Shown: one piece after another, positions 9,963 through 17,932 of the stretch
Layout: each line of letters starts with the position of its first letter
How positions within the stretch are numbered: position 1 is the stretch's first letter
Source: a virus
Lineage: Duplodnaviria; Caudoviricetes
IMG/VR virus record: IMGVR_UViG_3300033273_000833
Span: 128,001-192,000 of that record
DNA: 64,000 nt
Reading direction: 5' to 3' (one strand)
Program-made: the position numbers and the translations under genes
Notes under the pieces: model-generated
What the model saw: the letters and a program-made list of their open reading frames with translations, nothing else
Told to the model about the DNA's origin: nothing
Database searches by the model: none

Positions 9963-11099
9963 ATGAATCAAGTACCATATCAACTCACAGAAAATTCACT
10001 CACTATCTTTTGGGAAGGTAAACCATATACCTTGCGTAAAGATCATGTAAACTTTAAACTTGCCAAGCAAGCAATCTTGGAAGCAAGATATGATGATCTT
10101 GGAGATTTGCTTGATATTACCAAGGCAGTCGAGAACTTTGTCGAGGGCGATATTGAGGTCAAGGATGAAGTTGTTTTCTACAAAGGTCATCGCTTGCATG
10201 GTGTTGTTGTTGAAAAACTACTCGAAATGCTTCGTGCAGGAATGAAAGATTCTGCTCCACTCACCAACTTTATTTCTCGTTTGCAAGCTAATCCAAGTGC
10301 AAATTCAGTAAATGAACTTTATTCTTTCATGAGTTACAAGTCTCTTGCGAATACTCCCGAAGGTAAGGTTTTGGGCTACAAAGGTGTTCAGAAAGACTTT
10401 TGGAGTACAACAGGCAATGCTGATACAATCGTATTGCAAGGCAAAACCAATGATCGTCACCAAATTCTCAATGAAGTTGGTGCAACTATCGAGGTTGCTC
10501 GCAGATGCGTAGATGACAATAAGGACAACCATTGTTCTTTCGGTCTTCATGTCGGCTCATACGATTATGCCAATAATTGGGCAGGAGTAGATGGTAGATT
10601 GCTCGTTGTTGAATTTGATCCTGCTGATGCAGTATCAGTTCCAACTGATTGTGATTTTCAAAAACTTAGGGTTTCCAAGTACAAGGTGATCTCTGATATT
10701 ACTGATACTCGTAAAGAGTTAAATAAACCTGTCTACGAGGCTAATAAGCCTATTTATGGATCAGATGATGATTTCGTTGATGAAGGCGAGTGGGATGACG
10801 AAGATTATGATAATGATTTTGTTGACATGGAAGATGAAGATGAAGATTACGGCATGGATCAAACTGAGCGTGAGGATGATGTTGTTTCTAAAATTCGTGC
10901 ATATATGAATAATAAATTATTGAACGGAGAAAAAGTTTTAATTAAAAACATTGCTGATTTAAGATTTTGCAAGAGTGAAAGACTGACTTGTGCAGGTGTT
11001 GCCGAAATAATAGATCAGATGAATGATTTTTCAATCCATGAGGAAGATGCAAGGGCAAATGTTCCTGTTAGTCTCAAAAGGGTTGTGAGGGATTCTTAA
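9963..11099 (+). CDS. rIIB: rIIB-like protein
   Basis: NFISRLQANPS...ELYSF...EGKVLGYKGV...GLHVGSYDYA...DAVSVPTD...KLRVSKYKV; acidic C-terminal linker. Confidence 0.9.
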   Translation: MNQVPYQLTENSLTIFWEGKPYTLRKDHVNFKLAKQAILEARYDDLGDLLDITKAVENFVEGDIEVKDEVVFYKGHRLHGVVVEKLLEMLRAGMKDSAPLTNFISRLQANPSANSVNELYSFMSYKSLANTPEGKVLGYKGVQKDFWSTTGNADTIVLQGKTNDRHQILNEVGATIEVARRCVDDNKDNHCSFGLHVGSYDYANNWAGVDGRLLVVEFDPADAVSVPTDCDFQKLRVSKYKVISDITDTRKELNKPVYEANKPIYGSDDDFVDEGEWDDEDYDNDFVDMEDEDEDYGMDQTEREDDVVSKIRAYMNNKLLNGEKVLIKNIADLRFCKSERLTCAGVAEIIDQMNDFSIHEEDARANVPVSLKRVVRDS

Positions 11100-11468
11100 T
11101 TGAATAAAAAAATTAAGATAGTCTTTTTCCTATCGTTATTGTTAATGCTATCGGGTTGCTTGACTCCCTCTATGGTATCCATAGGGGGAGTCTTCGATGG
11201 GGATGATATACTTTACTCTCATATATCTGAACTAACAACAGATCAATCAAGAGCAATTTTAATCAGCAATCCAACAGGTGTATTAAGGTATAAGCAAGCA
11301 TTTATAATAGATATGTCCCAAGATAGAGAAGATTTTTTATTGCGTAGAAAAGGTGATGGAGCAGAATTTTGGGTTGAGTATAATATGTTTAGTGAAAGAG
11401 ATAAAAATTTTATTACAAAATTACTAAAACAGATAGATAAGGAAAATGTTCATGTTGGAAGAAAATAA
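11100..11468 (+). CDS. Predicted lipoprotein with SHD1-like C-terminal domain
   Basis: Signal peptide with lipobox LSG-C; LRRKGDGAEFWVEYNMFSERDKNFI resembles SLA1-homology domain 1 of PVC proteins. Confidence 0.55.
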   Translation: MNKKIKIVFFLSLLLMLSGCLTPSMVSIGGVFDGDDILYSHISELTTDQSRAILISNPTGVLRYKQAFIIDMSQDREDFLLRRKGDGAEFWVEYNMFSERDKNFITKLLKQIDKENVHVGRK

Positions 11469-11631
11469 TAGTGGAAACGAGATTGAAGTTTCGGGGCATA
11501 CTGAAGGTTACTCCATTATTGAGGGTTGTATTCTCCAATCAATAGGTGAACAGAAAAAGGAAGCCGAAGAGATTACAATGGAAGAGTTCTTAAATATCAT
11601 AAAGCAATATACTTCCGATAATTCCAAATAA
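11446..11631 (+). CDS. Hypothetical protein
   Basis: ORF track. Confidence 0.5.
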   Translation: MFMLEENNSGNEIEVSGHTEGYSIIEGCILQSIGEQKKEAEEITMEEFLNIIKQYTSDNSK

Positions 11632-12170
11632 TTTCAAATACAATTAACAATATAATCCCTTTACCCATCCATATTAATAAACTATATACTTATATACTAG
11701 ATCATAATAGCGAATATATACAATAAAAAGATAAACGAATTTTATTTAAATAATTGATTAATAAAGGTTTAGATTAAAAATACAGAGAAGTGGGTTGAAG
11801 TGGGGGAAAGTGGGTGAGTGTGGTACGCGACTTAAATATATAAAAATATAAGTTAAATTAAAATATTGTAAATTGCGTCAAAAATAAAAGAAATAAATAA
11901 ACTAAATTTTTTTTGATATAGCCAAATAACTTAATAAGAAAATTAATAAAGTATAATGAACAAACTACAAATAAATTTTAATCAAATAATTGCAAATAAC
12001 AATATGAAAGATAGCCGACTTAATTTAATAAATTTTTTTATACATTTTTGCGTTTTAGTTAAATAAAAATTTGAATGAAATCGGGCGAAATAAGATGAAA
12101 AAAAATAGAATAAAATATAATAATTAATTATACTAAATTTTTTGTTGAATTCGGGCGAAATAAAAATGCA
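11632..12170. other. Long AT-rich non-coding gap, origin or regulatory region candidate
   Basis: No ORF of 60 aa or more in an otherwise densely packed region; contains phased GTGG boxes and a 13-bp direct repeat. Confidence 0.5.
11788..11824 (+). promoter_or_regulatory. Four GTGG boxes at 10-bp period (MraZ/DCW-box-like or iterons)
   Basis: GTGG at 11790, 11800, 11810, 11820; first three are AAGTGGG. Confidence 0.55.
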
Positions 12171-12201
12171 CTTGACACAAATAAGAATTTAAATTATAAT
12201 T

Positions 12202-12435
12202 ATGGTATTGATGAGCGAGAAAGATAATAGCGTTAGTTACCTTCAGCACCATATAGACTTCACATTCCCCGAAATAATGATGCAGGAGCAAATAAATGAT
12301 GTAGGATGGATAGATCAGTCGCAAATAATGGGCGAGCCACAAATAAGAGCGTTTGCGAGCTTTGAGGGGTCGAATCTAATTGCCCTGTTCCCCTTCTTTG
12401 ATCCAACAGGGAACTACCCTGTGCAGGAAGATTGA
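12202..12435 (+). CDS. Hypothetical protein
   Basis: TTGACA-17-TATAAT promoter at 12172; start 12202 or 12211. Confidence 0.6.
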   Translation: MVLMSEKDNSVSYLQHHIDFTFPEIMMQEQINDVGWIDQSQIMGEPQIRAFASFEGSNLIALFPFFDPTGNYPVQED

Positions 12436-12514
12436 ATAAAATTTTTTATAAAATAAAGAAAAATAAAATTAATACTTGACTTGTTTTATATTCTATACTA
12501 TACTTATATACATC

Positions 12515-12853
12515 ATGACAATAGCAAAAGAGATAAATAATAAACTTGATACAATATTAAATATTAGATCAGAAATAAAAAAGATGCGGGCGGAACTAAG
12601 TGCCGACTCCGAGTTAGTGAATCCCGACACAGGCGACAAACTGCTTCGGGACGAAGCAATAGGTATCGCCGAGGAAGTAATAAATAAAGTACAAAATGAT
12701 ATAAATCAAATAACAAATAATGGGAAGAATGTACGAAATATTTTTAATAATCAATACTATATAAATGATATGCTACAAGATAAGCAAATTGCAAACGAAA
12801 ATTTATCAAATATAAAAGCATTTATACAGGAAAGTGAGGATAAGATTAAATAA
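12515..12853 (+). CDS. Hypothetical coiled-coil protein
   Basis: TTGACT-17-TATACT promoter at 12476 places start at 12515. Confidence 0.7.
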   Translation: MTIAKEINNKLDTILNIRSEIKKMRAELSADSELVNPDTGDKLLRDEAIGIAEEVINKVQNDINQITNNGKNVRNIFNNQYYINDMLQDKQIANENLSNIKAFIQESEDKIK

Positions 12854-13010
12854 AAAATTTTATTAATTTATTTGGAGGCATAGAGTCCGTCGATGAGGCG
12901 GGACGAGGTAAGTCATCACCTGCATTGAACACTCCAAATCTTTTTTCTTGACAAAACGAAGACAATCGACTAGACTTATAGCATAACAATCAAACAAGGA
13001 GGAAAAAATT

Positions 13011-13208
13011 ATGGGTAACATAGCTAAATGTGCAAGAGCAACTTCAATTATGAACAATGTACAAAGAGGGGCATATGTGGGCATGAGTAAGTTCGCCAAC
13101 TATGGTTCTATTGTCGAGGATAGTATCTTCGCACAACAAAGAGAGGCAGATCGCAGGTTGAAGGAGATTCAAGCCAAGCGTCTCAAAAAAGCAAAGGGGG
13201 TAGCGTAA
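13011..13208 (+). CDS. Hypothetical protein
   Basis: Own promoter near 12948 and AAGGAGG RBS. Confidence 0.75.
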   Translation: MGNIAKCARATSIMNNVQRGAYVGMSKFANYGSIVEDSIFAQQREADRRLKEIQAKRLKKAKGVA

Positions 13209-13462
13209 TGGATGCAACAATTAAACCAATTAATAATAAGGTTAGTATGTTCGCAACTGATGAAGAATTATATGAACAATTAACTGCAAAAGAATTAATG
13301 TTAATTAAGTTGGTTAAAGTAGAAGAATATGTAGATGATTTATATAGAGCACATGATTCTGATACAAATAAAAAATTATTTCCACCTGAGAAGAGTTGGT
13401 TTAAAATAAAAGAATTATTAAGAGAGTGCAGAAAAATTAATAAAAGTAAAATAAATACTTGA
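13208..13462 (+). CDS. Hypothetical protein
   Basis: TAATG coupling. Confidence 0.65.
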   Translation: MDATIKPINNKVSMFATDEELYEQLTAKELMLIKLVKVEEYVDDLYRAHDSDTNKKLFPPEKSWFKIKELLRECRKINKSKINT

Positions 13463-13493
13463 CAAATAAGACTAAATATACTATAATTATATA

Positions 13494-13834
13494 CATAAAT
13501 TGAGAAACAAACTCAAATAAATAAAATAAATTGATCTTTAACATTTTTAACACTTTGGAAGGGCTTATAATCCTTCCTGTGGGTGACTGAACAAACCTGT
13601 CGTAAGCGGGTTAAAGTATGCAGATCCCTGTGGTGGGGATGACAGAGTCCAATCGGATGAGTCAAATGGCAAATACCACGCCTAGTCTGTAGTTCAAAGT
13701 AGGAAACTCGAAACTGAAAGTTTACGCCGAAAAGATGGAGGTATCTCAGAATCCTCCCCCACACTATATTTCCCCATCCGTGTAACCCCCACACATCCCG
13801 CCCCTCTCAGGAATATTCTTGAGAGGGGTTTTTT
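13494..13834 (+). ncRNA. Candidate structured non-coding RNA with boxA leader
   Basis: Perfect TTGACA-17-TATAAT promoter with no ATG at +1, boxA-like TGATCTTTAACA, multiple GC-rich stems, strong terminator. Confidence 0.7.
13801..13834 (+). terminator. Rho-independent terminator
   Basis: CCCCTCTCAGGA / TCTTGAGAGGGG stem followed by TTTTTT. Confidence 0.9.
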
Positions 13835-13872
13835 GTTTTGACATTTCCAGGAAACCTGCCATACTTATTATT

Positions 13873-14127
13873 ATGAAAACATTAAAAGACATATTATCAA
13901 ACTACGGATACATCACGAAACCTCAGCTTGCCGAGATCGTTGATTATTTCCCGCACATGAAGGTCGTCATTAAATGGGGAGGAATGCCCCGTGAACGGGT
14001 TCATGCTTGGGAGGCAATCCAACGCATCGAAAAGGTAGAGAACGAGGATATTGACTACTGTCGAGAAGTTTTTCTTAGTGGTAAAGATTGCGAGAATCTT
14101 AGAGTAGCACTACATATAGCAAACTAA
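13873..14127 (+). CDS. Hypothetical phage protein (leaderless)
   Basis: TTGACA-16-(TG)CATACT-7-ATG. Confidence 0.75.
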   Translation: MKTLKDILSNYGYITKPQLAEIVDYFPHMKVVIKWGGMPRERVHAWEAIQRIEKVENEDIDYCREVFLSGKDCENLRVALHIAN

Positions 14128-14187
14128 ATGGAAATTATTTTAGGTGCAATAGTAATTACAATTTGTCTCGTCTGTAAAGAAGATTAA
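14128..14187 (+). CDS. Tiny hydrophobic peptide (19 aa)
   Basis: MEIILGAIVITICLVCKED immediately after upstream stop. Confidence 0.35.
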   Translation: MEIILGAIVITICLVCKED

Positions 14188-14316
14188 TCTTTTTATTCAA
14201 TCATATCATATAATGACATAGCAAATATACATATAACAAATATATAAGTAGCAAATATACAACAAATATATAAAGCTATAATTTAAACAAAAATTTATAA
14301 AATTAAAATTCAATTC

Positions 14317-14447
14317 GTAAAGGGTTGAGCGTCAGTGTTTTGCGGAATCGCCCTGCCAAATTTCGCAATTATATGGTATTCAACAACTTACGAATCACAA
14401 AGTAGTTTTTTGCAATTTTCGCAATTATATGGTATTCAACGACTTAC
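14317..14447. repeat. 27-bp degenerate palindrome, three copies (one inverted)
   Basis: Inverted copy 14317-14343; GCAATTATATGGTATTCAACAACTTAC 14365-14391; GCAATTATATGGTATTCAACGACTTAC 14421-14447. Confidence 0.85.
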
Positions 14448-14501
14448 GACTATTTTAAAAAAAGGCTTGACTTGCGGAAGTTTTCTGTCATAATTGTATA
14501 C

Positions 14502-14879
14502 ATGATCAGAACAAAAAGCGACAAGAGATACGACATCGACTTTAGTAAGAAGGTGTTTGTATATAAGAATCTTCATAAAGACTGTTGGTCAGTCAAACAA
14601 GGCGGGCTTGTCAAGGCACACGCAGACAGCTTGGAGATGTGGGATTGCAGCTTCCAAGTAAACCAAAAGGGGCGGGCAAAAGTCATTCAAGAAAAGCGTA
14701 AGAATGTTCATGCGGGCATTTCAGGCAGGATAGACGATCTTGGTGGAACAATTGCAATTGGCACAGAAGTTACATACAACCCGTACAAGTATAGCTCTTT
14801 TGTAGAAAAAGGCACAGAAAATCCCGTATATTATGCAGGATTTGCATCATTAACCCATAACAGAGTACTAGTAGCATGA
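14502..14879 (+). CDS. Conserved hypothetical phage protein (leaderless)
   Basis: VYKNLHKDCWSV...FQVNQKGRAKVIQEKRKNVHAG...YNPYK pattern widespread in aquatic phages. Confidence 0.8.
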   Translation: MIRTKSDKRYDIDFSKKVFVYKNLHKDCWSVKQGGLVKAHADSLEMWDCSFQVNQKGRAKVIQEKRKNVHAGISGRIDDLGGTIAIGTEVTYNPYKYSSFVEKGTENPVYYAGFASLTHNRVLVA

Positions 14880-15076
14880 AAGAAGAATTAAAAAGAATAG
14901 AATGTGCAATCGACGGAGTCGCCGACGAATTATTAGAACATCGTCGTCATGGAAACATGGCGGATCTACTCAGAGTTATGCGGGACATTAATGAAAATCT
15001 ATGCACCATCAGCTATGAGCTCAAAGAGTTAGTTAATCAGAAAAAAAACCTTGACATTGAACAAAAAATTTCATAG
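14876..15076 (+). CDS. Hypothetical coiled-coil protein
   Basis: ATGA overlap. Confidence 0.7.
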   Translation: MKEELKRIECAIDGVADELLEHRRHGNMADLLRVMRDINENLCTISYELKELVNQKKNLDIEQKIS

Positions 15077-15085
15077 TATTATATC

Positions 15086-15253
15086 ATGCAAGAAACAATA
15101 GATATCACACCAAAATGGTCAGCACTCATTCCTATTATGGTTGAGGTGTTGAAGAGTCCAAAAGCAAACAGCTCAGCAAAAGCAGAAGTCACCGAAGAAC
15201 TACTTCGTCTCGCAAAGATTGTAGACGATCAAAACCAAAAAGCAAAACAATGA
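15086..15253 (+). CDS. Small hypothetical protein (leaderless, 55 aa)
   Basis: TTGACA-17-TAGTAT-6-ATG; MQETIDITPKWSALIP... Confidence 0.75.
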   Translation: MQETIDITPKWSALIPIMVEVLKSPKANSSAKAEVTEELLRLAKIVDDQNQKAKQ

Positions 15254-15474
15254 CATTATCAGAATCAATTATGGATATCGTTAGAGGTAACCTCGCATGG
15301 TCAGATCCCATGTCAACAGTTTGCCTCGATCAACATGAGCGTCATCCCGAAAAGTTTCCACTAGGGAGTGCATTCCAAAGTGAAGATGAATCTTTAGCAG
15401 ATATCATTAGAGACTTGACAGTATTACAAGATGAGCGTAGAATAGAATCATCTTTTCAATCAGCAGAACTATAA
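15250..15474 (+). CDS. Hypothetical protein
   Basis: ATGA overlap. Confidence 0.7.
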   Translation: MTLSESIMDIVRGNLAWSDPMSTVCLDQHERHPEKFPLGSAFQSEDESLADIIRDLTVLQDERRIESSFQSAEL

Positions 15475-15478
15475 AATT

Positions 15479-15682
15479 ATGACAGTATTAGACACACCCG
15501 AACAAATCGATATGTTTCGATTCCTTAGCCTCAAATCCGCACTCAAGCTAGAGTGTCTTGGAATGACTAGAAGAGGTCAATCAGCATATTCAATTATTAA
15601 AGCCGAGTACGGATTCAAAGGCAACAAGAACTCCGTCTTAGAACAAATGGAACAAATTATCAAGGAGTTTAAAAATGACTAA
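15479..15682 (+). CDS. Conserved hypothetical phage protein
   Basis: LDTPEQI..F....LKSALKLE..GM....SAY..IK...G.KG pattern common in aquatic phages. Confidence 0.75.
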   Translation: MTVLDTPEQIDMFRFLSLKSALKLECLGMTRRGQSAYSIIKAEYGFKGNKNSVLEQMEQIIKEFKND

Positions 15683-15878
15683 AGCACAGGTTGAATCACA
15701 AGTAGAGAGTTGGAATTGGAATCTCAATATCTTTGAGATTTATGATGAGCTCCGCGATGGGTATACCGCAGACGAGCAAGAACAACTTTTAACTTACGCA
15801 TATAATTTTTTCAATAAAGATAAAATGATGGTAGAACTTGCGTCCCACTTTGGAATTAACATAGGAGAAGATGAATAG
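15675..15878 (+). CDS. Hypothetical protein
   Basis: Operon packing. Confidence 0.7.
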   Translation: MTKAQVESQVESWNWNLNIFEIYDELRDGYTADEQEQLLTYAYNFFNKDKMMVELASHFGINIGEDE

Positions 15879-16032
15879 TTCAGCATTAGAATATATCCGT
15901 AAGATCCAAAATCTTTTAGAAGACAACGAAGAACTCGTAATCCATAAAAATTCTTTTGAACTTAAAGATGAAGAAAATGAAGAGAATTATGATTTTGATG
16001 TTGACATGATCAAGCAAATGTACGATAATTAA
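15871..16032 (+). CDS. Small acidic hypothetical protein (53 aa)
   Basis: AGGAG RBS, overlap with upstream gene; not in ORF track. Confidence 0.55.
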   Translation: MNSSALEYIRKIQNLLEDNEELVIHKNSFELKDEENEENYDFDVDMIKQMYDN

Positions 16033-16035
16033 ACC

Positions 16036-16293
16036 ATGACAAACACAATGCAAAACAATTACTTAGAAGCCCTATGCGAGGGAAAACCACTCGGATTACC
16101 CGAATACAACGAAGGTACAGAACAATGGGAGCTTTTCTTTGAAGAGAACCACGACGATTGGCATCCGTACTTTCAGAGAGATATAATTTCATATAGTTGT
16201 GACTCAGCTGAGGAAGCTACAGACTTATACAACTATTACAACAGAAACCCAATAGTGGCAGAACCACTAGTAGAAGAAGGAGAACAATCCTAA
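16036..16293 (+). CDS. Hypothetical acidic protein
   Basis: ORF track, operon packing. Confidence 0.7.
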   Translation: MTNTMQNNYLEALCEGKPLGLPEYNEGTEQWELFFEENHDDWHPYFQRDIISYSCDSAEEATDLYNYYNRNPIVAEPLVEEGEQS

Positions 16294-16529
16294 TGTTAAG
16301 GAAACTCAAAAACAAGTTAGCTGCTTTGTTCAGCTCAACCTATAATGTCGTGTATACTACCGAAGATGGTAGGACGCAAATGTACACCATCTCCAAGCCC
16401 ATGCACAAGCGTGAGTTTGGCAACGCTAGCGAGGGCAAGAGAGTCGTAGGCTTTCGTGCTCATTGCTTTAACCGCAACGGAATTCGTTCTTTCCGTTATG
16501 ATCGTATCATCTCTTTGGTTAGGGGGTAA
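16293..16529 (+). CDS. Stand-alone WYL-like domain protein
   Basis: C-terminal FRAHCFNRNGIRSFRYDRIISL matches the WYL signature (A.C..R...R.FR.DRI). Confidence 0.6.
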   Translation: MLRKLKNKLAALFSSTYNVVYTTEDGRTQMYTISKPMHKREFGNASEGKRVVGFRAHCFNRNGIRSFRYDRIISLVRG

Positions 16530-16532
16530 GAT

Positions 16533-16697
16533 ATGCAGAAGCGAATCGAACACTTAAGGCGCCAAGTTCGCGAGTTAGCTCATATGCTAGCTAGCGAAGA
16601 GGCGGAAGGCATTTATTTATCAGAGCATAACGAGCGCAGGTCTCGCCATAATGCGCTACTAGAAGAGCTCTATCATCTAGAGAAACGAGTCTTTTAA
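16533..16697 (+). CDS. Small hypothetical protein (54 aa)
   Basis: MQKRIEHLRRQVRELAHML... fills gap before terminator. Confidence 0.6.
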   Translation: MQKRIEHLRRQVRELAHMLASEEAEGIYLSEHNERRSRHNALLEELYHLEKRVF

Positions 16698-16732
16698 TTT
16701 CATGGTCATATCGTAATCGGTGGTTAGTGTAT

Positions 16733-16760
16733 GCCCCCTCCAATTGGAGGGGGCTTTTTT
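16733..16760 (+). terminator. Rho-independent terminator
   Basis: GCCCCCTCC-AATT-GGAGGGGGC followed by TTTTTT. Confidence 0.9.
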
Positions 16761-16828
16761 GTTGGTAATCAACGTTTTATGAAATTTTCCTAAGCGATCT
16801 TGCAATTATATGATATTCAACAACTTAA
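16754..16828. repeat. 27-bp palindrome locus (degenerate upstream site plus full copy)
   Basis: TGGTAATCAACG centred 16767; GCAATTATATGATATTCAACAACTTA 16802-16827. Confidence 0.75.
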
Positions 16829-16892
16829 GATAACTGCAAAAAAAAATTATTTTTTGCTTGCAATTAACTCACAATCTGTCATAATTATATAT

Positions 16893-17012
16893 ATGAAAAC
16901 GACAGAGATAAAGATAAGAAAACCGATCCTTTTCACTAAGGCTCGCCCGCACAAACTTAAAAACAAAATCATACATAGAAAGCTGAAGCACAAAAAATCT
17001 TTAATTTCCTAA
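16893..17012 (+). CDS. Small very basic peptide (39 aa, leaderless)
   Basis: TTGCAA-16-(TG)CATAAT-7-ATG; MKTTEIKIRKPILFTKARPHKLKNKIIHRKLKHKKSLIS. Confidence 0.6.
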   Translation: MKTTEIKIRKPILFTKARPHKLKNKIIHRKLKHKKSLIS

Positions 17013-17057
17013 AATTAATTCTTGACAAAACACTAAAACTCAACTATTATTATACTT

Positions 17058-17906
17058 ATGAATAACGAACAAAAAACCAACAATCTCCGCATCTGTGGCG
17101 GTGAGCACAAAGTAGTAGAAATCGACCAAGTTAGAGCAGTTCAGACTCCGCCTATCGAGTTTCGTAAGGAACTCAACAAGAATGGCGAGCGTTCAATCTC
17201 TTACCAACCGATCTCTCATTCTCTTCTTATTGATAAAACTCGCAATCATCTTGAGCAAGCGGGCTTTACTATCGAGGCAGAGTGCCATAACCTAGCGAGA
17301 AACGATCAAAGATACTTTGGTCTGTACCAAGTTTCTCATCCTAAAAGAGAAGCTTCAGACCGAGGCACTATCGTAGGGCTTCGCAATGCCCATGACAAGT
17401 GCTTCCCTGCAGGACTTTGTGCAGGTGATGCTCCTTTTGTCTGTGACAATCTTATCTTTACCAACGAGGTCAAACTTGCTCGTAGGCATACCAAGAACAT
17501 TCTCAATGAGCTTGACCATGTTATTGCTCGTACTCTTGGCAGACTCTTCAACTTTTGGGTTGCCCAAGATAGTAGGATTGATGCCTACAAAGAACATGAG
17601 CTTAAAAATGCTCAAGTCAACGATCTTGTGATCCGTGCTTGCAAGGCAGGTGCTTTGCCTAAGTCAAAGATCATTGATGTTGTTGACCAATGGGAGAAAT
17701 CCGATCATCCCGAATTTTGGGATAGGAATGTAAACTCATTGTACAACGCTTTCACAGAGGTTTACAAGGGTAACCTTACCGCATTACCTCAACGCTCCGA
17801 AGCATTGCACTCCGTGCTTGACTCCGAAGTGGGCTTTGATTCATCAAGCTTTAAGCAGGATGAGATAATCGAAGCCGAGGTAGTCGGTGCAGGTGACCCC
17901 TTCTAA
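17058..17906 (+). CDS. DUF932-family protein
   Basis: YQPISH...GLRNAHDKCFPAGLCAG...FVCDNLIF...RHT...SLYNAFTE pattern. Confidence 0.8.
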   Translation: MNNEQKTNNLRICGGEHKVVEIDQVRAVQTPPIEFRKELNKNGERSISYQPISHSLLIDKTRNHLEQAGFTIEAECHNLARNDQRYFGLYQVSHPKREASDRGTIVGLRNAHDKCFPAGLCAGDAPFVCDNLIFTNEVKLARRHTKNILNELDHVIARTLGRLFNFWVAQDSRIDAYKEHELKNAQVNDLVIRACKAGALPKSKIIDVVDQWEKSDHPEFWDRNVNSLYNAFTEVYKGNLTALPQRSEALHSVLDSEVGFDSSSFKQDEIIEAEVVGAGDPF

Positions 17907-17932
17907 GGTTGCTGGTCATATCGTGTCGTTCA

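Noticed and set aside
11788-11824. G-quadruplex reading of the GGG runs
   Set aside because: Only three GGG tracts plus GG; the exact 10-bp period fits duplex protein binding better
13650-13700. Hammerhead-like CGGATGA...CGAAAC inside the candidate ncRNA
   Set aside because: Core should be CUGANGA, and I could not build stems I-III around it
13513-13794. 93-aa minus-strand ORF over the candidate ncRNA
   Set aside because: Opposes the promoter and terminator orientation; atypical composition; no minus-strand promoter seen
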